The translations under genes were made by a program, and so were the position numbers. The notes beneath the pieces were generated by a model. That model was not told the DNA's origin and ran no database searches. It saw nothing but the letters and a program-made list of their open reading frames with translations. From sequence record SRR20825019_986: a stretch of DNA of 42,715 nt. One strand, 5' to 3'. Of the stretch, positions 10,219 to 19,919 are shown one piece after another; within the stretch, counting starts at the first letter, position 1; every line of letters starts with the position of its first letter.

Positions 10219-11175
10219 GTGTTTAAAAAGGTATTGCACGGTCTTAATCAGAAGAAAGCGAAAGTATTTTTGCTATTTCTGATATGCTCTTTTTTCGCAT
10301 GGTTTATCAGTAATTTGTCTGAAACTTATGAATCCAGGGCTTATTTTACCTTAAATTACCGTAATCTTCCCGATTCTTTGCTGTTGGGGGAGAACTCAAA
10401 CAATCAGATTGAAGCAAAACTCAGAACAAGTGGGTTTCAATTTTTGTACTATAAGATTTTTAGAAGTCGAGTAGATATTGATGTATCCCAAGTAACGTAC
10501 CAAGATGGGAAATATGTTCTTGACGAGCAGGTCTTGATTCGACAGATGGACCAACAGCTGTCTCAAAACATATCCTTGTTGGATTTGGACCCGAACGTGT
10601 TGGGTGTGGATCTATACAAAGTAGACTCCAGGAAGATACCTATTCAGGCGAACCTGAACCTTCAACTCCAACAAAATTATATATTGGACGGAAAGGTTAA
10701 CATATCTCCTGATTCAGTTGTGGTGAAAGGACCAAAAAGTGAAATAGATACCATAAAGGTTATTAAAACCTCACCTGTACAACTCAGCCATGTCAGTGAA
10801 GATTTTTCTAGCGATGTCTCATTGCTTTTCCCGAAAGGGCTGGACAATAGTATATTCTCTGTGGGGCGTGCAACGGTTTTTGGCAAGGTGTCCAAATTCT
10901 CGGAAAAAGTTTTTGAAGTTTCGGTTCAGGTGCGCAATATTCCTGAAGGTTACCAAGTAAAAACATTTCCCAACACGGTTACCATTCTTTGCAAGGCCAC
11001 GATAGAACGTTTGAAAGAGATATCTGCGTCGGACTTTGAGGTTGTGGCGGATTATGGTCAGTTGGATGGCTCTGAGAGCAGCAAATTGTTTTTGGAAATT
11101 ACAGAGAGCCCTCAAAAAGTATACGACGTAAAGTTGGAAAAAAGGACCGTAAATTTTGTTTTGGAACAGCAATGA
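10219..11175 (+). CDS. YbbR/CdaR-like domain protein
   Basis: N-terminal TM; repeated beta-rich units (YRNLP, PDSVVVKGP, VRNIP, FPNTV); upstream of coaE. Confidence 0.7.
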   Translation: MFKKVLHGLNQKKAKVFLLFLICSFFAWFISNLSETYESRAYFTLNYRNLPDSLLLGENSNNQIEAKLRTSGFQFLYYKIFRSRVDIDVSQVTYQDGKYVLDEQVLIRQMDQQLSQNISLLDLDPNVLGVDLYKVDSRKIPIQANLNLQLQQNYILDGKVNISPDSVVVKGPKSEIDTIKVIKTSPVQLSHVSEDFSSDVSLLFPKGLDNSIFSVGRATVFGKVSKFSEKVFEVSVQVRNIPEGYQVKTFPNTVTILCKATIERLKEISASDFEVVADYGQLDGSESSKLFLEITESPQKVYDVKLEKRTVNFVLEQQ

Positions 11176-11765
11176 TGATAGTAGGGCTTACAGGGGGAAT
11201 TGGAAGTGGAAAGAGTACCGTAGCAAAAATGTTCTTGGACTTAGGGATTCCGGTGTATGATTCTGACAAGGAGGCCAAGGACTTGATGATAACTTCCAAG
11301 GAAATTAAAAAGGCAATTATAAAATTGTTGGGAGATGGGGCTTATAATAGCAAAGGTCTTAACAGGGTATACATAGCGGATAAAGTCTTTAAGGATTCCG
11401 ATTTGCTCGAAAAACTTAACGGAATTGTTCATCCAGCGGTCAGGGAGCACTTTTTAGAGTGGGCCAAAAGCCAAGAATCACCTTACATTATCCAAGAAAC
11501 CGCATTGATTTTTGAGAACCAAGTACAAGATAAATATGATTGCACCATACTTGTAACTGCGCCAGAGGACATCAGGATAAACAGGGTTGTTCGCAGGGAT
11601 GGCACGAACGAACAAGCAATAAAAGACCGCATACATAACCAATTGGAAGACGGGCAAAAAAAGAAATTGGCCCATTACGTTATAGAAAACCTGAACTTGG
11701 ACAAAACCAAAGAAAAGGTTAAGGAACTACACCTCAAACTATTAGCGACAGCACCCAAATTTTAA
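11172..11765 (+). CDS. coaE: Dephospho-CoA kinase
   Basis: GLTGGIGSGKSTV, LNGIVHP, RVVRRD. Confidence 0.95.
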   Translation: MMIVGLTGGIGSGKSTVAKMFLDLGIPVYDSDKEAKDLMITSKEIKKAIIKLLGDGAYNSKGLNRVYIADKVFKDSDLLEKLNGIVHPAVREHFLEWAKSQESPYIIQETALIFENQVQDKYDCTILVTAPEDIRINRVVRRDGTNEQAIKDRIHNQLEDGQKKKLAHYVIENLNLDKTKEKVKELHLKLLATAPKF

Positions 11766-11829
11766 CATTTATGTTAAGTTTTGGTTAAACGCTAAAATTA
11801 CTAAATGTTAAATTTTTAATTTTACACTA

Positions 11830-13416
11830 ATGAACAAGAAGCTATTCGTTCTTCTGGTTGTTCTTATGAGCTTATCTCTTTTGGGGATAATTTTTGTGCA
11901 GGTTTACTGGATCAGAACATCCGTAAACGACAAAGAAGAACAATTCTCGAGGACAGTTACGGACATTCTGGATAAAGTGGCGAGTAGGGTGGAGAAGCGC
12001 GAGATGAAGGAATACTCCGATCGTTTAGCATCTCTTGCAGACAGTATTGGCGAGCCCAAGAGCACGCAGTACAAGAATTTTTTGTTCGTGGATCGGGATT
12101 TGAATTCCGATGAAATTCTATTTTATTCACACGGAATTCTTGAAGAAGATTACAATATAACCTCTGCGTTCTTTGATATTAATACAGGTGGTAATGAGGA
12201 TACGACCACAATTAAAAATTTCACCAGCAAGCGTACTAAGGCCGTGTTCAAAGAAGAATATGGACTGGATGGAAAGAGTTATAGCTTGACTCCCATACAA
12301 CGCGCGGAGAAAATTGGTGGATTGAGCAGTATTGACAAAGCGGCTTGGGAAGATGTTTTTATGGAGGCGGCCAAAGCAAAGCCGATTCATAAAAGGGTGT
12401 CCAAACAAGAACTGGAATTGTTGCTCAGTCAAGAGTTGAGTAACCGGAATATTGACACCGATTATGAATATGGGGTGTACAGTCAAGGTTACCCTACCAA
12501 GGTGCGCTCCAGAAAGTTCAAGTTTTCTGGCACCAAAATGTACAAGGCACCTATTTTTAAGGATAGTGAAGGGAGGTCAAATTTCTCCCTGTTGCTCACG
12601 TTTCCAAGCATGAAAAAATACATTTTCAGCTCAGTGATGGGAATGGCCCTGTTATCCTTGGTGTTCACTTTAGTAATAATGTTGGCCTATTCCAGTGCAA
12701 TTTACCAGCTAATAAAGCAAAAACGTATTTCAGAAATCAAGTCAGATTTCATCAATAATATGACACACGAGTTCAAAACGCCCATAGCGACCATTAATTT
12801 GGCAGTGGAAGCTATCCGAAATCCGAAATCCATAGAGGATAAGGAAAAGGTGTTGCGTTATCTAGGCATGATTCGTGATGAGAATAAACGTATGCACGCG
12901 CAGGTGGAAAACGTACTGAGGATATCCAAATTGGAGAAAAATCAATTGGACATTAGTAAAGACCGTGTAAATATGCACGATATTATTACAGATGCCATTG
13001 CACATATAGAGCTTATTGTCCAGGATAGGGGCGGCTATGTAAATGCCCATCTTGATGCCGAACGTTCTGAAGTATTGGCCAATGATATGCACATGACCAA
13101 TGTGGTGGTAAATATTTTGGACAATGCCGTAAAGTATTCCCCGGAAACACCTAAAATAGATGTGTATACCGAAGTGGTAAAAAATAGCATCATTATTAAA
13201 GTACAGGACCATGGTGCTGGAATGAGCAAAGCGGTCCTGAAAAAAGTATTTGAAAAATTTTACCGGGAACATACCGGCGACATACATAACGTTAAAGGCC
13301 ATGGATTAGGATTGGCCTACGTAAAACGAATTATAGATGATCATCAGGGCGAGGTTTATGCAGAAAGCGAAAAGGGAAAAGGAAGTACCTTTTTTATAAA
13401 ACTCCCTTTAATTTAA
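11830..13416 (+). CDS. Sensor histidine kinase (RprX-like)
   Basis: Two TM helices; NNMTHEFKTP H-box; NILDNAVKY, DHGAG, GHGLGL. Confidence 0.93.
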   Translation: MNKKLFVLLVVLMSLSLLGIIFVQVYWIRTSVNDKEEQFSRTVTDILDKVASRVEKREMKEYSDRLASLADSIGEPKSTQYKNFLFVDRDLNSDEILFYSHGILEEDYNITSAFFDINTGGNEDTTTIKNFTSKRTKAVFKEEYGLDGKSYSLTPIQRAEKIGGLSSIDKAAWEDVFMEAAKAKPIHKRVSKQELELLLSQELSNRNIDTDYEYGVYSQGYPTKVRSRKFKFSGTKMYKAPIFKDSEGRSNFSLLLTFPSMKKYIFSSVMGMALLSLVFTLVIMLAYSSAIYQLIKQKRISEIKSDFINNMTHEFKTPIATINLAVEAIRNPKSIEDKEKVLRYLGMIRDENKRMHAQVENVLRISKLEKNQLDISKDRVNMHDIITDAIAHIELIVQDRGGYVNAHLDAERSEVLANDMHMTNVVVNILDNAVKYSPETPKIDVYTEVVKNSIIIKVQDHGAGMSKAVLKKVFEKFYREHTGDIHNVKGHGLGLAYVKRIIDDHQGEVYAESEKGKGSTFFIKLPLI

Positions 13417-13425
13417 AAACGAACT

Positions 13426-14142
13426 ATGGAAACAGAGAAAAAAAAGATACTATTGGTAGAGGACGATCCCAATTTTGGAATTGTCCTTAAGGACTATTTA
13501 ACCATGAACGACTTTGATGTTGTTTTGGCCAAAAACGGAATGGAAGGTTTTGAAAAGTTCAAAAAGGACAATTATGATGTTTGTATTTTGGACGTAATGA
13601 TGCCTTATAAAGATGGATTTACCTTGGCAAAGGAAATTCGAGAAAAAAATGAGAACGTGCCTATTATCTTTTTGACGGCCAAGACCATGAAGGAAGATGT
13701 CTTAAAGGGGTACAAAGCAGGTGCAGATGATTATTTGAACAAACCTTTTGATTCCGAAGTGCTTCTAATGAAACTAAAAGCGATTCTTCAAAGAAAAGCA
13801 TCAGGCTCATTGGCGGATAGCAAACAATTTGAATTTGAAATAGGAAACTTCCATTTAAACTCAAAACTACGCTTCTTGAAATATAAGGAAGAAGAACCTA
13901 TAAAACTGTCTCCAAAAGAAAATGAACTATTACGTTTGTTGGCGCTTCATGAAAACGATTTAATGCCAAGAGAACTGGCATTGACCAAAATCTGGAGGGA
14001 TGACAATTACTTTACTTCCAGAAGTATGGATGTTTATATCGCCAAACTGAGGAAATATCTGAAAAAAGATGACCTAGTTGAAATATTGAATATACACGGG
14101 GAAGGATTTAGGCTTGTTGTAAAAGCTGAAAACGAGCAATAA
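13426..14142 (+). CDS. OmpR-family response regulator (RprY-like)
   Basis: LLVEDD, LDVMMP, FLTAK, GADDY; winged helix SRSMDVYIAKLRK. Confidence 0.93.
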   Translation: METEKKKILLVEDDPNFGIVLKDYLTMNDFDVVLAKNGMEGFEKFKKDNYDVCILDVMMPYKDGFTLAKEIREKNENVPIIFLTAKTMKEDVLKGYKAGADDYLNKPFDSEVLLMKLKAILQRKASGSLADSKQFEFEIGNFHLNSKLRFLKYKEEEPIKLSPKENELLRLLALHENDLMPRELALTKIWRDDNYFTSRSMDVYIAKLRKYLKKDDLVEILNIHGEGFRLVVKAENEQ

Positions 14143-14162
14143 ACCAATGTCCCATATCGTAT

Positions 14163-14193
14163 AAAAAAGCCACCTTTAAAGGTGGCTTTTTTT
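14163..14193. terminator. Bidirectional terminator
   Basis: Perfect palindrome AAAAAAGCCACCTTTAAAGGTGGCTTTTTT between convergent genes. Confidence 0.85.
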
Positions 14194-14215
14194 CTGCCGA
14201 AAATTCGGGGGATTT

Positions 14216-14713
14216 TTAATCGTTTAGTCTTTTAATAATGCTTTTCACAACCTTGGCAGGAGTTTCATCTATGGAAACCGTTATCGCCTTGGAAGGTGGT
14301 TCCAGCGTGTCAAATTGGGATTTCAACAAGTTCAAGGGCATAAAATGTCCTTTCCTTTGTTCCAATCGAGACTTTATCAATTCAAAGGAACCATCTAAAT
14401 ATACAAATTCCATACAATTTCCCATTCCGGCCCTCAAAAGGCTTCTATAGTTCTTTTTTAAAGCCGAACAAGCAATTATTGCACCTTTGTCTTTATGTTC
14501 TACGGCCAATTTATTTAGAGCAACCAACCATCCTTTTCGGTCTTCATCATTCAATGGAGAGCCTGCGCTCATTTTTTTAACGTTCGCTTCAGGATGAAAG
14601 TCATCACCATCAAAAAAAGGTCTTGAGAGTTCTTTGGAAAGTCGTTTTCCAATTTCGGTCTTACCGGAACCACTCACTCCCATAACTATTAGTACAGTTT
14701 TACCGTTAGGCAT
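14216..14713 (-). CDS. Gluconokinase (GntK/IdnK type)
   Basis: MGVSGSGKT, DGDDFHP, ACSALK, RKGHFMP, SQFDTLE; ATG overlaps the miaA stop. Confidence 0.92.
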   Translation of the reverse strand: MPNGKTVLIVMGVSGSGKTEIGKRLSKELSRPFFDGDDFHPEANVKKMSAGSPLNDEDRKGWLVALNKLAVEHKDKGAIIACSALKKNYRSLLRAGMGNCMEFVYLDGSFELIKSRLEQRKGHFMPLNLLKSQFDTLEPPSKAITVSIDETPAKVVKSIIKRLND

Positions 14714-15629
14714 AAAGGTTGGTTTTAAGTCGGTCTGTGACCATTCTAAGTACCTCTTCTGGTTCAGCATTATAAGGTACCCACAAAATGGTTTCATTCT
14801 TTCGCAGCCAAGTCAGTTGCCGTTTTGCAAATCGTCTTGTATTCTTTTTGATTTCCGAAATGGCAAATTCCAAAGTACAATTCCCCTCAATATATTCAAA
14901 AAGTTCCTTGTAACCAACTGTTTGCAATGCATTCAGATCCTTATTTGCATAAAGGTTTTCAGCTTCCCTCAACAGGCCTGCTTCCATCATGAGGTCAACA
15001 CGGGTGTTTATTCGCTCGTAGATGGTTTCCCTAGGGGCATCAATGCCTATATAGAAAGACTTGAATGGCCTTGCTGCCCTTGGTTTGTCCAGAAAGGAGG
15101 AAAAAGGTTTGCCCGATGCCTGGCATACCTCCAACGCCCTTATGAGCCTGTGTGGGTTTTCTAAATCCACGCTTTTGTAATATTCAGGGTCTTTTTGTTT
15201 TAATTCTTTTTGAAGACTTTGTAAACCTTCATCTTCCAAACGCTGGTTTAACTTGGACCGTATCTCGGGATCAACCTCTGGGAATTCATCAAGGCCAGAT
15301 ATAACAGCATCCACGTAAAGACCGCTACCGCCGACCATAACCACCACATCTTTTTTTTGGAACAAATCCTCCAGCAGGAAAAGTGCTTCCTTCTCAAAGT
15401 CACCCACAGAATAAGGTTCAAAAATACTTTTGTGCTGAATAAAATGATGGGATGCCTGTTCCAGCTCCTCTTTTGATGGAACAGCGGTCCCAATTTCCAT
15501 CTCCTTGAAAAACTGTCTGGAATCTGCGGAAACAATCTCGGTGTTGAAGTGTTTCGCCAGTTGGATTCCCAGAGCGGTTTTTCCAATGCCCGTGGGGCCA
15601 ACCACTGCAAGTAATACTTTTTCGCTCAT
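14706..15629 (-). CDS. miaA: tRNA dimethylallyltransferase
   Basis: GPTGIGKT, SADSRQ, VGGSGLY, RALEV, TVGYKE, AKRQLTW. Confidence 0.96.
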   Translation of the reverse strand: MSEKVLLAVVGPTGIGKTALGIQLAKHFNTEIVSADSRQFFKEMEIGTAVPSKEELEQASHHFIQHKSIFEPYSVGDFEKEALFLLEDLFQKKDVVVMVGGSGLYVDAVISGLDEFPEVDPEIRSKLNQRLEDEGLQSLQKELKQKDPEYYKSVDLENPHRLIRALEVCQASGKPFSSFLDKPRAARPFKSFYIGIDAPRETIYERINTRVDLMMEAGLLREAENLYANKDLNALQTVGYKELFEYIEGNCTLEFAISEIKKNTRRFAKRQLTWLRKNETILWVPYNAEPEEVLRMVTDRLKTNLYA

Positions 15630-16474
15630 AACGGGTGTCCACAATTATAACAATGGGTGGCGTCATCCCTGTGGCCTTCTACCGAACAGCTGGGACAGGC
15701 TTGCGTATTTACATGCACCAGAAAACCATCATCATCACTTGTATTGTCTTTCGTGTTTTTGGTGAATTCAGCCGTAACAATGCCTGTGGGCACTGCAATT
15801 ATTCCATAACCCAAAACCATGATCACCGTTGCTAAAAATTGTCCCAAATTGGTCTGCGGAGCAATATCGCCGTAGCCCACTGTGGTAAGTGTAACAATGG
15901 TCCAATAGATACTTTTGGGAATACTTGTAAACCCAGAATCATCCCCTTCCACGATATACATCAATGTACCCATGATAACGGACAGAATCAAAACCACATA
16001 AATGAACACGGCTATTTTGGCGCGACTTGCCCTTAACGCCGATTGTAGCTGCGAAGCTTCGCCCATGAACTTGACCAACTTCAAAATCCTGAAAATCCGA
16101 AGTAACCGGAAAGCCCTTACGGCCAACAAAACTTGTGAGCCTGCCAGAATATAGGAAAGGTAGAGAGGTATTGTGGACAGGAAGTCTATAATGCCATAGA
16201 AACTAAAAACGTATTTCAAAGGTTTTTTAATGCTGATCAAGCGAGCAATGTACTCCAGGGTGAAAAAGATGGTCACAATCCACTCTAGGGTAAGTAATGT
16301 TTTGTGGTAATGCTCATCAAACTCATCAATGCTCTCCAACATCACCAAAATAACACTGATGATGATCAGTATGAACAGAAGAATATCAAAAGACTTGCCT
16401 GCTGGTGTATCGGCCTCATAAATAACTTCATGAAGCTTTTTTTTCCATTTGGCTTGTGGTTTGAATTCTTTCAA
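15626..16474 (-). CDS. 6-TM potassium channel (ion transporter) with C-terminal Cys-rich tail
   Basis: S4-like RAFRLLRIFRILK; selectivity filter TTVGYGD; CPSC...HCYNC. Confidence 0.92.
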   Translation of the reverse strand: MKEFKPQAKWKKKLHEVIYEADTPAGKSFDILLFILIIISVILVMLESIDEFDEHYHKTLLTLEWIVTIFFTLEYIARLISIKKPLKYVFSFYGIIDFLSTIPLYLSYILAGSQVLLAVRAFRLLRIFRILKLVKFMGEASQLQSALRASRAKIAVFIYVVLILSVIMGTLMYIVEGDDSGFTSIPKSIYWTIVTLTTVGYGDIAPQTNLGQFLATVIMVLGYGIIAVPTGIVTAEFTKNTKDNTSDDDGFLVHVNTQACPSCSVEGHRDDATHCYNCGHPL

Positions 16475-16477
16475 TGA

Positions 16478-17809
16478 TCAAGAAGTTAGTGGTATGGTTT
16501 TGAGTCGGTTGTTTTTTCTTAAAAAAGTTTCAATGATGAAGGTCGTATTTTCATCGCTCCGCATCGGGGTCATTATGGATTCTAAGATATGAATATTATT
16601 GATTTGATGGTTGAGTTCCACAAATCCAAACCCTTGGAGTCTACCATTTTTAATTAAAATAAAACTTCGCTCCCCAACATGTCTGCCCTGATCGGTCAGG
16701 GCCACGTTTTTATCCTGGATGCTGTACTTTTCAAACGCGGACTGTACTTTTTTGTTACATTCCAAAGCATCTGGAGCATTAATTGCCCTCAGGCATTTAT
16801 TGTCCGTTTCCAATGAGGCCGGGCAGAAATCAAACTCTTCGGAAACCTTTTTCACAAAGCTTCGTGCCGATTCGATACCATTAAAGGCCAACTTTTTATG
16901 TTCGAGCGACCGATTCTTTTCCGGCACCAACATGATATGCTCCGTTCCGTTTTGACTAAAATCTATGGTGTGCGTAAAGAGTTTTCCTTTGGAAACGTGA
17001 TTATATCTGGGTCTGTTCTTTTTCTGTTCCAAATACGCCTTTAAAATGGCAATGAGTTCGCTTCCTGTTTTTTCGTAGGTAACTTTCTTGGTTTCCTTTT
17101 GAAGTTTGCGCGCGACCTTCCCCACATTGGTAAAATGCTGATTCACCCGCTTTTTAATATCCTTGGTCTTCCCGATAAAGATAATCTGTCCATCTTTGTC
17201 GTGCATGTAGTAAACCCCAGTTTCCGATGGCAGGTCGAAGACCATATCCAATTGGGTGGGGGAAAGTTCCCCGTGGGTCTCCTCGCGGATGACTTCGGTA
17301 ATGATTTTTTTGTCAGAATCCTTGTCCAATAATAATTTGAAAAGCTTCAAGGTGGCAAGTGCATCACCATTGGCACGGTGCCTATCGCTCATGGGTATGC
17401 CGAGCGAACGGGCCAATTTTCCCAAGCTGTGCGACTCCGCGTCAGGGATAAGCTGCTTGGAAAGGTCTACCGTACAAAGTGTCTTGCGCTGAAAATCGTA
17501 CCCCAAACGCCGAAACTCGGTTCTCAGGATTCTATAATCGAACTGGGCATTGTGCGCCACTAAAACGGCATCTTCGGTGATTTCCACAATACGTTTGGCC
17601 ACTTCGTGAAACTTGGGTGCCGAACGCAACATTTTATTGTTGATACCCGTGAGTTTGGCCACAAAAGGCTGTATTTCCCGTTCGGGATTGATCAAACAGA
17701 TGAATTTGTCTACCACCTGGTGCCCATCAAACCTGTGGATGGCGATTTCGGTGATGCCTTCCTCATTGTATTTTCCTCCCGTGCTTTCAATGTCAAGTAT
17801 CGCGTACAT
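16478..17809 (-). CDS. DnaQ-like DEDDh 3'-5' exonuclease fused to a GIY-YIG/UvrC-like domain
   Basis: DIEST, VAHNAQFD, HRANGDA; then LPSETGVY...IFIGK...RVNQHF. Confidence 0.88.
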   Translation of the reverse strand: MYAILDIESTGGKYNEEGITEIAIHRFDGHQVVDKFICLINPEREIQPFVAKLTGINNKMLRSAPKFHEVAKRIVEITEDAVLVAHNAQFDYRILRTEFRRLGYDFQRKTLCTVDLSKQLIPDAESHSLGKLARSLGIPMSDRHRANGDALATLKLFKLLLDKDSDKKIITEVIREETHGELSPTQLDMVFDLPSETGVYYMHDKDGQIIFIGKTKDIKKRVNQHFTNVGKVARKLQKETKKVTYEKTGSELIAILKAYLEQKKNRPRYNHVSKGKLFTHTIDFSQNGTEHIMLVPEKNRSLEHKKLAFNGIESARSFVKKVSEEFDFCPASLETDNKCLRAINAPDALECNKKVQSAFEKYSIQDKNVALTDQGRHVGERSFILIKNGRLQGFGFVELNHQINNIHILESIMTPMRSDENTTFIIETFLRKNNRLKTIPLTS

Positions 17810-17822
17810 GGAAAATTACTGG

Positions 17823-18482
17823 TTATGAATAGTTTCTAGCTCCAAATATACTGCTTCCAATCCGCACCATGTTGCTGCCTTCCTCAATGGCAATCTGGTA
17901 ATCTCCGCTCATTCCCATGGAAAGTATGGTGATATCGTCCAATTTTGTTTTGAGGTCATTGAACATGGATTTAAGTTGGGCGAACTCCTTGCTTACCTGG
18001 TTTTCGTCATCCGTAAAAGTGGCCATGCCCATCAACCCGACAATTTTGATGTTTTCCATCGCCTTAAATGCATCAGACTCGATAAGCTCCTCCAGTTCTG
18101 CTTTATCCAGACCAAATTTGGTATCCTCCTCGGCAATATGGATTTGTAGCAAACATGGAATCACACGATTGTGCTTTTTCGCTTGCTTGTTGATTTCTTT
18201 TAATAATCGAGGGCTGTCGACCCCATGAATCAAAGAAACAAATTCGGCCATGTATTTGACCTTGTTCCGTTGTACGTGGCCGATCATATGCCAATCGATG
18301 TCCTTGGGCAAATCTTCCCATTTCTGGACCATCTCCTGCACTTTGTTCTCTCCAAACACGCGTTGCCCCGCTTCGTAGGCCTCCAAAATATCCTCGTTGG
18401 GCTTGGTTTTGGAAACGGCGACCAGAGTAACTCTCTCGGGGAGTTCTGATTTTATTTGATTGAGATTATCTTTTATGGACAT
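17823..18482 (-). CDS. yggS: PLP homeostasis protein YggS/PROSC family
   Basis: LVAVSKT, FGENKVQE, WHMIG, GLMGM, SMGMSGDY, VRIGS. Confidence 0.95.
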   Translation of the reverse strand: MSIKDNLNQIKSELPERVTLVAVSKTKPNEDILEAYEAGQRVFGENKVQEMVQKWEDLPKDIDWHMIGHVQRNKVKYMAEFVSLIHGVDSPRLLKEINKQAKKHNRVIPCLLQIHIAEEDTKFGLDKAELEELIESDAFKAMENIKIVGLMGMATFTDDENQVSKEFAQLKSMFNDLKTKLDDITILSMGMSGDYQIAIEEGSNMVRIGSSIFGARNYS

Positions 18483-18488
18483 AGTTTT

Positions 18489-19724
18489 CTATAATTCATA
18501 AATAGTCAGCCCGCTACGGAGCTTAGGTTCAATATACGTGCTTTTTGGGGGCATTACCAAACCTGCGTCGGCAATTGCCTTGATTTCTTCAACTGTTGTA
18601 GGAACCAGACTGAAACCCACCGCATAGCTGCCCGAATCCACTAAATCCTTCATTTGAATCAGGTTGTTTTTGCCATAACCGTAGCAAATCCGTTTATCGT
18701 TCCTTAGGTCTGTGATGCCCAAAATAGGCTCTAAAATGGTTTTGTACAGAATCTGGGTGTCCAATTTGCTCAACGCATCGGTAAATTCGTGGTTCGTTTG
18801 CCTGAGATGTAGCGTATAGAACTCGCCAGCCAAATACATACTGAATTCGTGCTTTTTGGATGGTTTGCACAGTCCGTCCTCCCTTTTTTCTATTCTGAAA
18901 TGCTCGTCCAACTGGATCAGAAACTCCTTTTTTGAATAGCCGTTCAAATCTTTGACCATTCGGTTGAACTCAGAGATTCGCATTTGAGATTCAGGAATCA
19001 GGTAGGCCATAAAATAGTTGTATGCCTCTTCTCCTGTGTGATTCTCATTTTCGGACATTTTTAGGTCTGCCAACAAGCTGGAAGATGCACTACGGTGGTG
19101 TCCATCCGCAATATAAAGCGCGTTGAGTTCGCCAAAGGCCCTTTCCAGTTTTTCAATCCCTTCGGGATACGAGATTTTCCAAAGTTTATGGTTCACCCTG
19201 TCCGTAGTGGTGAAATCGTATTCGGGCTTACGTTCGATTTTACGCTGAAAGATTTCATCCACCGTTTTATTATCCTCATAGGTCATTAAAACAGGCTCCG
19301 CATTAAAGCCTACCGTATGCAGATAGTCCGCAAAAAGTTCTTCACGGTCCTGAATGGTGTCCTCGTGTTTTTTGATGACATTATTTCGGTAATCATCGAC
19401 ACTGCAGGCGCAAAAGAATCCCAGGCTCTTAAAATCATCCTTTTCAATTTGATATAAATAAAAGCTGGGCTCCTCATCTTTCTGAAAGATGTTTTCCTCC
19501 AAAAACTCCAAATATCGATTGTGAACCAAACCAAACCGTTCTTTTCCTTTGATAGTCTTTTCAAACTTGAAACCTGGGTTGATGATGTGCAAAAACGAGA
19601 ACGGGTTATACTGTAATATCGCTTTCAGCTCCTCTTTGGAATATTCTTCGTAGGAACGCGATGCTACAAAAAAAGCTTTGTCCTTTGTGGGGCGAATGGC
19701 CTTAAAAGGTTTTATAATGGCCAT
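18489..19724 (-). CDS. DUF1015 family protein
   Basis: KKHEDT, LYIADGHHR, MPPKSTYIEPKLRSGL. Confidence 0.88.
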   Translation of the reverse strand: MAIIKPFKAIRPTKDKAFFVASRSYEEYSKEELKAILQYNPFSFLHIINPGFKFEKTIKGKERFGLVHNRYLEFLEENIFQKDEEPSFYLYQIEKDDFKSLGFFCACSVDDYRNNVIKKHEDTIQDREELFADYLHTVGFNAEPVLMTYEDNKTVDEIFQRKIERKPEYDFTTTDRVNHKLWKISYPEGIEKLERAFGELNALYIADGHHRSASSSLLADLKMSENENHTGEEAYNYFMAYLIPESQMRISEFNRMVKDLNGYSKKEFLIQLDEHFRIEKREDGLCKPSKKHEFSMYLAGEFYTLHLRQTNHEFTDALSKLDTQILYKTILEPILGITDLRNDKRICYGYGKNNLIQMKDLVDSGSYAVGFSLVPTTVEEIKAIADAGLVMPPKSTYIEPKLRSGLTIYEL

Positions 19725-19806
19725 GAAATTCGTTATCTAGTTAGAAGGCATGCTTGCCCTTGTAATTAATTATTGCTACTTAAATTTAGAACACTTAGTG
19801 TTTTTT

Positions 19807-19901
19807 GTCATTTCGAAAGTCCCGATAGCTATCGGGATGAGAAATCTCTTTATAGGTTTAAAGTTAAGAGATTCCTCGTCGCATTGCTTTGTCGGAATGA
19901 C
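19807..19901. repeat. REP-like palindromic intergenic element, family A copy 1, with a nested 18-bp palindrome
   Basis: GTCATTTCGA...GAGAAATCTC...GAGATTCCTC...TCGGAATGAC nested inverted repeats; second copy at 25880. Confidence 0.8.
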
Positions 19902-19919
19902 GACCACCTTCCTTGAATC

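Noticed and set aside
10219-11175. YbbR/CdaR-like gene as evidence of a c-di-AMP module
   Set aside because: No diadenylate cyclase adjacent; this gene beside coaE appears to be the ordinary arrangement in this lineage
15626-15700. Cys/His-rich tail on the K+ channel
   Set aside because: Zinc-ribbon-like tails are common on this bacterial channel family; not novel
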